Source of the DNA: Chloroflexota bacterium | GTDB taxonomy: Bacteria; Chloroflexota; Dehalococcoidia; Lucifugimonadales; UBA3495 | Assembly (NCBI GenBank): GCA_027623675.1 | Contig: JAQBVF010000020.1 | Coordinates: 1 to 64,000 of the forward strand | DNA: 64,000 nt | Direction: 5' to 3' | Shown here: positions 9,358-18,335 of the stretch, in pieces | Layout: each line of letters begins with the position of its first letter | Position numbering within the stretch: the stretch's first letter is position 1 | The notes under the pieces: generated by a model | What the model saw: the letters and a program-made list of their open reading frames with translations, nothing else | Databases searched by the model: none | What the model was told of the DNA's origin: nothing | Position numbers and translations under genes: made by a program

Positions 9358-10341
9358 ATGCGAGCAGCAGTCATAACCGAGCCCGGCGGTCCCGATGTTC
9401 TCAAAGTGATGGAGGTCGACGACCCGGTCCCCGGCCCCGAAGACATCCTGGTCGATGTTAAGGCCTCTGCGCTGAACCGCGCCGACATGCTGCAACGGCA
9501 GGGCGCCTACCCGGCCCCGGCCGGCAGTCCCTCCGACATCCCTGGTCTGGAGTTCTCCGGCGTGGTCCTGGAGGCCGGCGAGCGGGTTATCGGCCTGGCC
9601 AAGGGAGACCGAGTGTTCGGCCTGCTGGGCGGCGGGGGTTATGCCACCCGGACCATCACCCACCACCGGATGGCCATCAAGATCCCCGAAGGCTGGGATT
9701 TCGTCCAGGCGGCCGCCACTCCGGAAGTGTTCTTCACCGCCTACGACGCTCTGTTCAACCGGGGCAACCTGCAGATGGGCGAGAGCGTGCTGGTCCATGC
9801 CGCTGGCAGCGGGGTGGGCACGGCAGCGGTGCAACTGGCCCACTGTGCCGGGGCGTTCGTGTTCGGCACCGCCGGTTCCGCCGAGAAGCTGGACCGAGCG
9901 GCCAAGCTGGGTATGAACGTGGGCATCAACTACCACGAGCAGGACTTCGCCGCCGTTATCAAGGAAGCAACCGGCGGCGTTGGCGTCGACGTGCTGATCG
10001 ATTTCATCGGCGCGCCGTACTGGGACCAGAACATCGCCTCCATGGCCATGCTGGGGCGGGTGGTGGAGGTCGGCCTGATGGGCGGCGCCCGGGTCGAGGT
10101 GAACCTGGGCCAATTGTTGGGCAAGCGCCTGCAGGTGGTGGGCACCGGGCTGAGAAGCCGGTCCATCGAGGAGAAGCTGGTGGTGACCGCCCAGTTCAAG
10201 CGTCACGTCTTGCCCCACCTGGCGTCGGGCAGCATGCAGCCGGTGGTTGACCGGTCGTTCCCATTGGAAGAGGTCGCGGAGGCCCACCGGTACATGGAGA
10301 CCAACGCCAACTTCGGCAAGATAATCCTGTCCATGGAATAA
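9358..10341 (+). CDS. NAD(P)H-quinone oxidoreductase, PIG3 family (MDR)
   Basis: LNRADMLQRQGAYP, PGLEFSG, HAAGSGVG and GKIIL motifs. Confidence 0.9.
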   Translation: MRAAVITEPGGPDVLKVMEVDDPVPGPEDILVDVKASALNRADMLQRQGAYPAPAGSPSDIPGLEFSGVVLEAGERVIGLAKGDRVFGLLGGGGYATRTITHHRMAIKIPEGWDFVQAAATPEVFFTAYDALFNRGNLQMGESVLVHAAGSGVGTAAVQLAHCAGAFVFGTAGSAEKLDRAAKLGMNVGINYHEQDFAAVIKEATGGVGVDVLIDFIGAPYWDQNIASMAMLGRVVEVGLMGGARVEVNLGQLLGKRLQVVGTGLRSRSIEEKLVVTAQFKRHVLPHLASGSMQPVVDRSFPLEEVAEAHRYMETNANFGKIILSME

Positions 10342-10619
10342 GCGGTCGGCTTGGTCCCCAGAAGGACCCCCTTGCCAGAGATGCAGTCGCCCGACAGTAT
10401 CTGCTCGCCAAGCCCGAGACTACCTGGGGTTCATGAGCAGGGCGCTCGTTCGGTCGGGGATGCTATAGAAGATGGTTGTGGCAAAGTGGCCCGGCATCCG
10501 GGAATCCGGCGGATTTCAAAGCTACCTCATTACCGGCTATAATGCCCTAACCGTTTCATCTGGGCGGTTCAACATCCGGCGTCTTGAAATCACGAATCGC
10601 TCCTCACGGAGGCACGACG

Positions 10620-11684
10620 ATGGCGGAGATATTTGGTGTAGGTGTAACCCATTACCCGGCCCTGATCGCTCCCGACGAGGACCTGTCGTTTCCCATCCAC
10701 CGGACGCTGAAGAATGACAAGCGTCTACCCGAGGCGCTGAAAGACCCCATGAATTGGCCCGTGGAGATGCGGCTGGAGTTTGGGAATGACGACGGTTTTG
10801 CCGCTGCCCAGCATCACCGGGAGCGCCTGGTGGCCGGGTTCCGGAAGATCAGGCAAGAGATTCAGGCGTTCAATCCCGACTTCGTAATCATCTTCGGCGA
10901 CGACCAATACGAGAATTTTCGGGAGGACGTGATCACTCCCTTCTGCGTGCTGGCTTACGATGAATTCAATTGCTCCCCGCTCACCAGGGCCGACGGCTCG
11001 GAGCGGCGCAATGTTTGGGAGGAGCCGGCCGACAAGATTTTTCATTACAATGGCCACCCCGAAGCCGCCCGCCTGCTGACCACCGGCCTGATCAACGAGG
11101 GTGTGGACATGGCCTACTCCTACCGCCCCCTCCATGAGCCGGGGCTGGCCCACGCCTTTATCAACACCCTGCTGTACCTTGACTACGACCGCGAAGGATT
11201 CGACATCCCGGTGGTGCCCTTCGCCGTCAATTGTTACGGCCGGGGGATCATCAGTCAGAGAGGAGGCGCGCTTCCGGTGAAGGTCAACGGCGTCGCCCCA
11301 GAGCCCGACCCGCCCGGCCCCACCGCCAAACGCTGCATGCAGGTTGGCGCCGCCTTGGCCCGGGTGTTGAAAGAGAGCCCCTACCGGGTGGCCTTGGTGG
11401 CTTCTTCAAGTTGGTCCCACGCTTTCTTGACCGCCAAGAACAACTATCTGTGGCCTGACACCGAGTCCGACCGGATGATGTTGGACAACTTGAAAAAGGC
11501 CAACTACGCGGCGTGGAGCGAACGCAGCACCGCTGAGTTGGAGGGCGCCGGCCAACACGAACTGCTCAACTGGGCCTGCCTGTTGGGCGCGATGGAGGAA
11601 TTGGACGGCAAGCCCGACTTCGTGGACTGGGTGGAGACCAACGTCCTGACCTCCAATAAGTGCTTCGCCACGTTCAAGGTTTAA
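10620..11684 (+). CDS. Extradiol ring-cleavage dioxygenase, LigB/class III family
   Basis: GVTHYP, FGDDQYENF, GLAHAF, SSSWSH and GQHELLNW metal-ligand motifs. Confidence 0.8.
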   Translation: MAEIFGVGVTHYPALIAPDEDLSFPIHRTLKNDKRLPEALKDPMNWPVEMRLEFGNDDGFAAAQHHRERLVAGFRKIRQEIQAFNPDFVIIFGDDQYENFREDVITPFCVLAYDEFNCSPLTRADGSERRNVWEEPADKIFHYNGHPEAARLLTTGLINEGVDMAYSYRPLHEPGLAHAFINTLLYLDYDREGFDIPVVPFAVNCYGRGIISQRGGALPVKVNGVAPEPDPPGPTAKRCMQVGAALARVLKESPYRVALVASSSWSHAFLTAKNNYLWPDTESDRMMLDNLKKANYAAWSERSTAELEGAGQHELLNWACLLGAMEELDGKPDFVDWVETNVLTSNKCFATFKV

Positions 11685-11771
11685 GCCAAAGCTGATATCG
11701 GCGGGGCCGGAAACCCATTGCAGCCGGCCCTTTCAAATCAAGAAACTGTCAAACAACCAACGAGGTGCGAT

Positions 11772-12722
11772 ATGCCATTAGACCCACAGGTGATCAAGGT
11801 GATGGAATCAGTGGCGGCCCTGGGACTTCCTGCCGCCCATACCGTTAGCCCGGCGGAAGCCCGGATCAACGCCGCCAAGCGGCCCCGTGCTCCCGGCCCC
11901 GAAGTCGCCAAGGTGATGGACCGGACCATCCCCGGTCCGGACGGCGATGTACCCGTGCGGATCTACACCCCGGAAGGCGATGGCCCCTTCCCCATCCTGG
12001 CCTGGTTCCACGGCGGCGGATGGGTGGTGGGCGACCTTGAGTCCGCTGACGGCTCGGCCCGGAGCCTGTGTGTCGGAGGGCGATGCGTGGTCGTGTCCGT
12101 GGACTACCGGCTGGCCCCGGATACCAAGTTCCCCGGCCCCGCCGAAGACTGCTGGGCCGCAACCACCTGGGCGGTGGAAAATGCCGCCGGCATCAACGGC
12201 GACCCCACCAGACTGGCGGTCGGGGGTGACAGCGCGGGCGGCAACCTGGCCGCGGCCATGTGCCTGATGGCAGCGGACCGGGGCGGACCGAAGATCGCGG
12301 CGCAGATATTGGTCTATCCGGTAACCGACGTCGATTTCAACACCGGGTCCTACAGCCAGAATGCCGAGGGGTATTCGCTGACCAAGACGACCATGCAGTA
12401 TTACTGGGAATGCTACATCGATGTTGCCAAAGACGCGTCCAACCCCTACGCGGCGCCGATGCAGGCCAAGAGCCTGGCGGGACAGCCGCCCGCCTTGGTG
12501 ATCACCGCCGAGTTCGATCCGCTGAGGGACGAGGGCGAGGCCTACGCCAAGCGTCTGCAAGAGGCCGGGGTCGCCACCACCAGCACCCGTTACGACGGCG
12601 TCATTCACGGTTTCTTTAGCATGGGAGCAGTGGTGGACAAAGGCCGGCAGGCGGTGGACGAAGCGTCCGCCGCGCTTCGGAGCGCCTTCTCCCGCGCTGG
12701 ATCACCCAGCGCCGCCGACTAA
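11772..12722 (+). CDS. Alpha/beta hydrolase (hormone-sensitive lipase family esterase)
   Basis: HGGG oxyanion hole, GDSAG nucleophile, DPLRDEG and HGF. Confidence 0.92.
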   Translation: MPLDPQVIKVMESVAALGLPAAHTVSPAEARINAAKRPRAPGPEVAKVMDRTIPGPDGDVPVRIYTPEGDGPFPILAWFHGGGWVVGDLESADGSARSLCVGGRCVVVSVDYRLAPDTKFPGPAEDCWAATTWAVENAAGINGDPTRLAVGGDSAGGNLAAAMCLMAADRGGPKIAAQILVYPVTDVDFNTGSYSQNAEGYSLTKTTMQYYWECYIDVAKDASNPYAAPMQAKSLAGQPPALVITAEFDPLRDEGEAYAKRLQEAGVATTSTRYDGVIHGFFSMGAVVDKGRQAVDEASAALRSAFSRAGSPSAAD

Positions 12723-12755
12723 CAACCCCCATACCGGGACCTACCGGTCAGCGAG

Positions 12756-12793
12756 AAAGAAGGCCGCCGCGATCTTACGGCGGCCTTCTTTTT
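12756..12793. terminator. Bidirectional intrinsic terminator
   Basis: AAAGAAGGCCGCCG/CGGCGGCCTTCTTT stem with A and T tracts between convergent genes. Confidence 0.75.
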
Positions 12794-12813
12794 ATCAAGC
12801 CGGCGCGGGTGAC

Positions 12814-13581
12814 CTAGATCATCCGGGAGCCGCCGTCGACCACTAGAGTCTGTCCAGTCATGAAATCGCTGTCCGGCGAGAGCAGGAAAACCACCGACCC
12901 GACCAGGTCGGCGGGCGTCTGGTCCCGCTTGATCGACCGGGCGCCCAGCCGCCGAGGGTTATTCGCTAAGAATTCCCGGGTCGGCTCATCCGTGCTCATA
13001 GTGAACCCGGGCGCGATGGCGTTGACGTTGATGTTGTGACTGCCCAATTCCCGGGCCAGCGACCTGGTGAGTCCGATCAGGCCCGCTTTGGAGGTGACGT
13101 AATGGGCTGCAAAGTTGCCGCCGTAGTAGATGGTGCTGGAAGAGATATTGACGATCTTGCCGGCCCGTTCCAACTTCATGAAAGGCACTACCGACCGGCA
13201 GCAGAGAAAGGCCCCGCGCAGGTTCACCGACATCATCCGGTCCCATTCGTCCAAAGGGATCTGCTCAAAGGCCACCCGGGCCATAACCTGGGGCCGTTGA
13301 TAGAAGGCCGCGTTGTTTACCAAGCCGTCGACCCGGCCAAAACGGTCCACCGTACCCCGGACCAACCTCTCGACGTCCGACACCTCTGAGACGTCGGTCC
13401 GGATCGAGACCACTTGCTTACCGCCAGCCACCATTGACGCGGCCAATGCTTGCCCGGCGGGTTCGTCCACGTCCGCGATAATCACCTGGGCCCCTTCTTC
13501 AGCCAGGGATTCGACATAGGTACGCCCGATCCCATTGGCGCCGCCGGTCACGATGATGACCTTGCCCGTTAGCCGGTCCAT
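12814..13581 (-). CDS. Short-chain dehydrogenase/reductase (SDR)
   Basis: TGGANGIG, NNA and YVTSK catalytic motifs. Confidence 0.92.
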   Translation of the reverse strand: MDRLTGKVIIVTGGANGIGRTYVESLAEEGAQVIIADVDEPAGQALAASMVAGGKQVVSIRTDVSEVSDVERLVRGTVDRFGRVDGLVNNAAFYQRPQVMARVAFEQIPLDEWDRMMSVNLRGAFLCCRSVVPFMKLERAGKIVNISSSTIYYGGNFAAHYVTSKAGLIGLTRSLARELGSHNINVNAIAPGFTMSTDEPTREFLANNPRRLGARSIKRDQTPADLVGSVVFLLSPDSDFMTGQTLVVDGGSRMI

Positions 13582-13928
13582 AACTTTGCTCCCCTGCCAG
13601 GTGATTTTCGGGTGATTTATTACGGGTGATTTGATAAGGAATGCTCCCGCCTCGCCCGTTGACCGGGCGGGTCCTTGATATTGAAACACCCAAAAGTTGT
13701 TATGACCGACATGATTCGGAAGGATGGTCCCAGCTTTTGGTCTGGGTTAATGCCAGAATCCTGCCCATTATAGCAACCGATTGAATCGTAAACGCAGGTG
13801 TATCCGGCGATAGCAAGAAAGTTTATGTGAATACGGTCCGGTGCCGGGCTGGTCAAATCCGCAGAGATGCGTGCTACACTAACCCGCATTAAGCTGGGCA
13901 ACATCATTTGGCTCCGTAGAGGTGCCCC

Positions 13929-14538
13929 ATGACCACAACATCGGCTGTCAGCGTCACCGTTTGGTACGACTACACTTGACCCTACTGTTACGTCGGCCTG
14001 GGTAGGCTCGACATGTTGGCCAAGGAGTTGTCATTCCAGGTTGAGCGGAAGCCGTACCTGTTGCGGTCCGAACGCCCCCCCGGAGGGCGAACCTCGCCGC
14101 CTGTTTGACGGAGAAACGGAAACCGACCTGAACCCCGAGATGCAGGAGAGAGCTAGAGGCGTGAGTTTGACCATGCGCCGCCCGCGGTGGTCGCCCAACA
14201 CCCTGCGCGCCCACGAGGCCACGGCGTACGCCAAGGAACAGGGGAAGGACGACCGCTTCCACCATCTTGCCGCCGCGGCCTACTGGGAAAATGGGGCCGA
14301 TATCAATGACTTGAACGTACTGAAGGGCGTCGTCGAGGCCGCTGGCATGGACTGGCCGGACCTGGCCCCACGCATCGAATCCGGCCAGTACCGTGATGCG
14401 GTCATTCGCGATTACGAAGCGGCCAAGGAGTTGGGAGTGAGCGGCACCCCCACCTACTTGATCGGCGGCGAACTCCACCGGGGCGACGTTAGCATCGACG
14501 AATTGCGCGGCGCGATAAGCGCAGCCTCCTCTGATTAA
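13929..14538 (+). CDS. DsbA/FrnE-like thioredoxin-fold selenoprotein (U17-P-Y-C), with an apparent +1 frameshift near 14064-14081
   Basis: ATG 13929 gives MTTTSAVSVTVWYDYT-TGA-PYCYVGLGRL...KPYLLR and continues in the +1 frame as PNAPPEG...PNTLRAHE...GVSGTPTY. A SECIS-like hairpin follows the TGA. Confidence 0.8.
13992..14012 (+). promoter_or_regulatory. Bacterial SECIS-like hairpin
   Basis: GTCG-GCCT[GGGT]AGGC-T-CGAC; the G-led apical loop starts 20 nt after TGA 13977-13979. Confidence 0.7.
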
Positions 14539-14565
14539 CCCAGCCAGGGCCGGGCTTGGACGATA

Positions 14566-15747
14566 TTGCTCGTGACTCTTGATTCCACGGTGCTCGTCAT
14601 TGGGGCGGGTATCTTCGGGCTGACCGCGGCGTTGGAGCTGCGGCAGCGGGGCCATCAGGTGACAGTGGCCGACCCTGGACCGGTGCCCCACCCTTTGGCG
14701 GCGTCCAATGATATTAGCCGCATGGTTCGCATGGACTACGGCGCCGACGGCCTCTATTCTTCGCTGGGCGCGGAGGCCATCGAGGGCTGGCGCCGCTGGA
14801 ATGCCCAATGGGGCCGGGAGCTTTACCACGAAGACGGCTTCCTGCTGATGACCAGCGTGCCCATGGTCCCCGGTGAGTTCGAGCAGGACTCTTTCAGCCT
14901 GCTTACCGGCCGGGGCTTCCCCTTGGAGCGCCTGCCTGCCGGCGGTTTGGCGCAAAGGCATCCCCACTGGAACTCCGAGCGCTACATCGACGGTTATTTC
15001 AACCCCAGGGCCGGTTGGGCCGAAGCCGGTGAGGTCGTCGCCAGCCTGGCCAAGGACGCCGCCAGCGCTGGGGTGTCTATCGTCACCGGATTCCAAGCCG
15101 TAAGGCTGCTGCAAGAGGGCGGCCGGGTTACAGGGGCAGTATCTTCGGACAATGCCGAACTCCGGTCCGACCAGGTGGTGGTTGCGGCCGGGGTGTGGAC
15201 CACCGCATTGCTGCCCGAACTGGCAGACCGCATGTGGCCGGTGGGACAACCGGTCTTCTACTTCAAGCCGCCAAACGCCAACAGCTACCGGGCGCCGTCA
15301 TTTCCACCCTGGGGCGCGGACATCCCCCGCAGCGGCTGGTACGGCTTTCCAGCCAACGCAGACGGCGTGATCAAGATGGCCAATCACGGGCCGGGCAGGC
15401 GGGTCAAGGCTGATGCACAGAGGGTGATAATCGCCTCGGAAGAAGCCTACTGCCGGGCTTTCCTGGCCGAGTCACTGCCACTGCTGGCTTCTCTTCCCAT
15501 GCACGGCAGCAAGCTGTGCCTCTACTGCGACACCTGGGACGGCGACTTCTGGATCGGCCGTGATCCGGAGCGGCAGGGCCTGGTGGTGGCGACCGGGGGC
15601 AGTGGGCACGCCTTCAAGTTCGCCCCGGTGCTGGGCGGGCTGGCCGCCGATGCGCTGGAAGGGGTGGAGAACGATTACAGCCAGCGGTTCGCTTGGCGTC
15701 CCCTCGGCCAGATCAAGAGCGAGGCTATCCGCTACGACGGCGGATAG
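14566..15747 (+). CDS. FAD-dependent oxidoreductase (sarcosine oxidase / fructosyl-amine oxidase-like)
   Basis: GAGIFG dinucleotide fold, ASNDISR, CLYCDT and GSGHAFKFAP. Confidence 0.85.
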   Translation: MLVTLDSTVLVIGAGIFGLTAALELRQRGHQVTVADPGPVPHPLAASNDISRMVRMDYGADGLYSSLGAEAIEGWRRWNAQWGRELYHEDGFLLMTSVPMVPGEFEQDSFSLLTGRGFPLERLPAGGLAQRHPHWNSERYIDGYFNPRAGWAEAGEVVASLAKDAASAGVSIVTGFQAVRLLQEGGRVTGAVSSDNAELRSDQVVVAAGVWTTALLPELADRMWPVGQPVFYFKPPNANSYRAPSFPPWGADIPRSGWYGFPANADGVIKMANHGPGRRVKADAQRVIIASEEAYCRAFLAESLPLLASLPMHGSKLCLYCDTWDGDFWIGRDPERQGLVVATGGSGHAFKFAPVLGGLAADALEGVENDYSQRFAWRPLGQIKSEAIRYDGG

Positions 15748-15776
15748 GTCTTCGGCCCCGGATTGGGCGGACTTTT

Positions 15777-16856
15777 CTATTTTAGAGCGGCGGCTGGAAG
15801 TTCCTGGAGCCGGGGATTAACCTCTTTGGCAAAGAGCCGCATGCTCTTCTCAACCTCATCGTAGGGCATCCCGCCGAAGCTGAAAGCCGCCAGGAATGAG
15901 TCGGCGCCGGTCCTTGCCCGCGTGTCCATGATCTTCTGGTAACACTGCTCCGGCGTGCCCCATACCTGTAGGTCAAGGAAGAAGTCCTTCACGTCCTGGT
16001 CGCCGTACTGGTCGATCTTCTCGGTGAACTTCCCGTAGTATTCGTAGCCCTTGGTCGTCTTCAGATGGTCGCTGTGGAATTCGTAATGGTCCATTATCGA
16101 TTCCCAGTATTCCCCGACGTACTCCGTGGCCATCGCCCGCGCCACGTCTTCGTCCTCGTGACAGAAGGTGAAGCCGACAACGATAGGCGGCGGGGCCGGT
16201 GAGCCGTTGACCTCTTGGAATATCTCCCGGTACGACTTCAACTCTGACTCTACTTCGCTCCAGGGCTTCTGGGGGATGATCAGCATGCCCAGCCCCAACT
16301 GGGCCAAGGCCAAAGAGGACTCGGGAGACACGGCGGCGGCGTAGGTCCGGCCCCGGAAACTCTTGAACGGCTTGGGGCGGATGTCCACCCTGGACTGCTT
16401 GATGAACTCCCCGTCCAGTTCCGCCACGCCTTCATCCAAGGCCTGGACCAACATCTTGGCGCCTTCCGCGAACCTGGTGCGTGATTCGGCCATGTTTACG
16501 TTGAAGCCTTCGAACTCCACGCGGCCCAAGCCGCGGCCCACGCCGACCACCGCCCGGCCTCCGCTGAGATGGTCCAAAACCGAGAATTGCTCGGCGATCC
16601 TCACCGGGTTGTGCCACGGCAGCACGACCACCATGCTGCCAAGCTGGACCTTTTCCGTGCGCCCGGCCATGTAAGAAAGGAACTGCAGAACGTCGGGGCA
16701 CATGGTGTAGTCGGTGAAGTGGTGCTCCACTCCCCAGATGGACTGGAACCCCAGGGGCTCCGCCAGGTCGGCCAGGCGCAGCTCGTTCTGGTAGACCTCC
16801 AGGTCGGTGCGGGACCGGAGGCGGTTCTGGAAGAAGATCGACGATCCGACGTGCAT
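15777..16856 (-). CDS. LLM-class (luciferase-like) flavin-dependent oxidoreductase
   Basis: WGVEHHF, LPWHNPVRIAE, LDHLSGGR and GRG motifs. Confidence 0.9.
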   Translation of the reverse strand: MHVGSSIFFQNRLRSRTDLEVYQNELRLADLAEPLGFQSIWGVEHHFTDYTMCPDVLQFLSYMAGRTEKVQLGSMVVVLPWHNPVRIAEQFSVLDHLSGGRAVVGVGRGLGRVEFEGFNVNMAESRTRFAEGAKMLVQALDEGVAELDGEFIKQSRVDIRPKPFKSFRGRTYAAAVSPESSLALAQLGLGMLIIPQKPWSEVESELKSYREIFQEVNGSPAPPPIVVGFTFCHEDEDVARAMATEYVGEYWESIMDHYEFHSDHLKTTKGYEYYGKFTEKIDQYGDQDVKDFFLDLQVWGTPEQCYQKIMDTRARTGADSFLAAFSFGGMPYDEVEKSMRLFAKEVNPRLQELPAAALK

Positions 16857-16950
16857 CAGGTGACTCCAGCGGCCATTACGGAATGGGGGCGAATTGCCAT
16901 CGTGAGTTGCGACTCAGTCTACAGTTCCGGGTCTTGGTCCGTCCACCGAT

Positions 16951-16980
16951 AAAAAAACGGCAGGGTACTGCCCTGCCGCT
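16951..16980 (-). terminator. Intrinsic terminator of the GlcG-like gene
   Basis: CGGCAGGG/CCCTGCCG stem with a T7 tract on the minus strand. Confidence 0.65.
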
Positions 16981-17014
16981 TCTACGTTTGACCTATCGTC
17001 CGTGTGCCTGGAAT

Positions 17015-17431
17015 CTAAGCGCTTTCGGAGAAACCGCCGGCGACGATGCCTGCCCGGCTGCAATCCTCGTCTTCTTGAGCGGTGCCGCCGCTGCCACCGA
17101 CAGCGCCGACGAGCTCGCCGTTCTTAAAGACCGGCAGCGCGCCCTGGCCGGGAATCATGTGGCCGCCCTCCATGGCCATGAACGCCCGGAAGATGGGGGC
17201 CTGGGAGTTTTCGGTCAGCTTGCCGCTGGCGGTCCCAAAACTGGCCGCCGCCACCGCCTTGCCACGGGACACGGCTGGGGTGCGCCAGGGGGCCCCGTCC
17301 ATCTTGAACATGGTGATCAGGTCACCCCGCGGGTCGACCACCGAGATGCTCATCTTAACCCCTAACTCTATGACCTTGGCCTTGGCCCCGGCCAAAATAG
17401 CTTCGGCTTCCGCAAGTGTCAATGTAGCCAA
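17015..17431 (-). CDS. GlcG/HbpS-family heme-binding protein
   Basis: SVVDPRG, GKAVAA, GALPV and VGAVGGSGG..EDED; TTG start with GGAGGT RBS. Confidence 0.85.
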   Translation of the reverse strand: MATLTLAEAEAILAGAKAKVIELGVKMSISVVDPRGDLITMFKMDGAPWRTPAVSRGKAVAAASFGTASGKLTENSQAPIFRAFMAMEGGHMIPGQGALPVFKNGELVGAVGGSGGTAQEDEDCSRAGIVAGGFSESA

Positions 17432-17550
17432 AATGCCACCTCCATAAATTGGGCTCTCTTGGAATCGCGTGTTCCGGGAGTCACGCGTATAGGCGCGACC
17501 ACCGGGCAACATTGTAGGTGACAGGTAGGTTTGGGGAAAGAGGGGTAACT

Positions 17551-17588
17551 AAAAACGGGGAGGTTTTGTCATTCGAAGCCTCCCCGTT
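17551..17588 (-). terminator. Intrinsic terminator downstream of the cohesin gene
   Basis: AACGGGGAGG/CCTCCCCGTT stem with a T tract on the minus strand. Confidence 0.65.
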
Positions 17589-17629
17589 GCGCCATGGGTC
17601 AGATCAGGTTTAATGAATCGGCCAGCTGC

Positions 17630-18280
17630 CTACTGGAATGTCACGATTGGCGACAGCGGGGCCAGGTCACCACCGTTGAATTGCCCTGGAGTGGTCTTGG
17701 TGAGGATATCCACCAGAGTGCTTGCGTTGAAGGCGGAGATGCTTTCTAAACCCAGGGGCATGGTGCCGGCAGCGCCCTCCCGCAGTTTGAACCTGACCAC
17801 GGCCACGGGACCGCTTCCGGTCATGCCGTCCACGTCGATTATCCCGGCCCAGAGGCGGCCCGGTCCCGGCGAACTGGAGTCGATGAGGGCCTTTCCGGCC
17901 AGCGTTCCCCGCTCCAATTGGGCGAATTCCAACTTGGCCGGGTCAAATGTCAGTATGAACTCCAAACTACCCACATTGCTGGCCCGGGTGGCCAGGATGG
18001 GCACGGAGATCATCTTGGGGGTCGCGACCACCACTGGATCAGGCGCCGCCGTGGCCGTGGGAGCTGCCCTTGGGGTTGCCGTTGGCTTGCCGACCGCCGC
18101 CGGTGTGGGGGTCGAAGACCCGCCCACCCGGTCCGGGCCGCCGTCGCTGCCGCCACCTCCGCCGAGAACTCCCACGGCGAACAGGAGGCCGATCAACAGC
18201 CCTACTCCGGCGATCGACCCAACCACCCATTTCCAACTGGAGGCTAATCCAATGAACGCAACTTCCAACAACCAGCGCAT
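17630..18280 (-). CDS. Membrane-anchored cohesin-domain protein
   Basis: N-terminal TM helix, Gly/Pro/Thr linker, then a cohesin-like beta sandwich (ISVPI...VGSLEFILTFDPAKLEF..LERG...GSGPVAVVRFK). Confidence 0.75.
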   Translation of the reverse strand: MRWLLEVAFIGLASSWKWVVGSIAGVGLLIGLLFAVGVLGGGGGSDGGPDRVGGSSTPTPAAVGKPTATPRAAPTATAAPDPVVVATPKMISVPILATRASNVGSLEFILTFDPAKLEFAQLERGTLAGKALIDSSSPGPGRLWAGIIDVDGMTGSGPVAVVRFKLREGAAGTMPLGLESISAFNASTLVDILTKTTPGQFNGGDLAPLSPIVTFQ

Positions 18281-18335
18281 CTGCTGCTCCCCTAACTCGG
18301 CCGAGCCATGTTTGAGATTATCCGGGCATCTTTTA

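Noticed and set aside
13954..15249. Long antisense ORFs (also 9178-10287, 24318-25781, 33116-34363, 43969-44976 and others)
   Set aside because: They are shadow frames of well-supported genes in GC-rich DNA and have no recognisable motifs.
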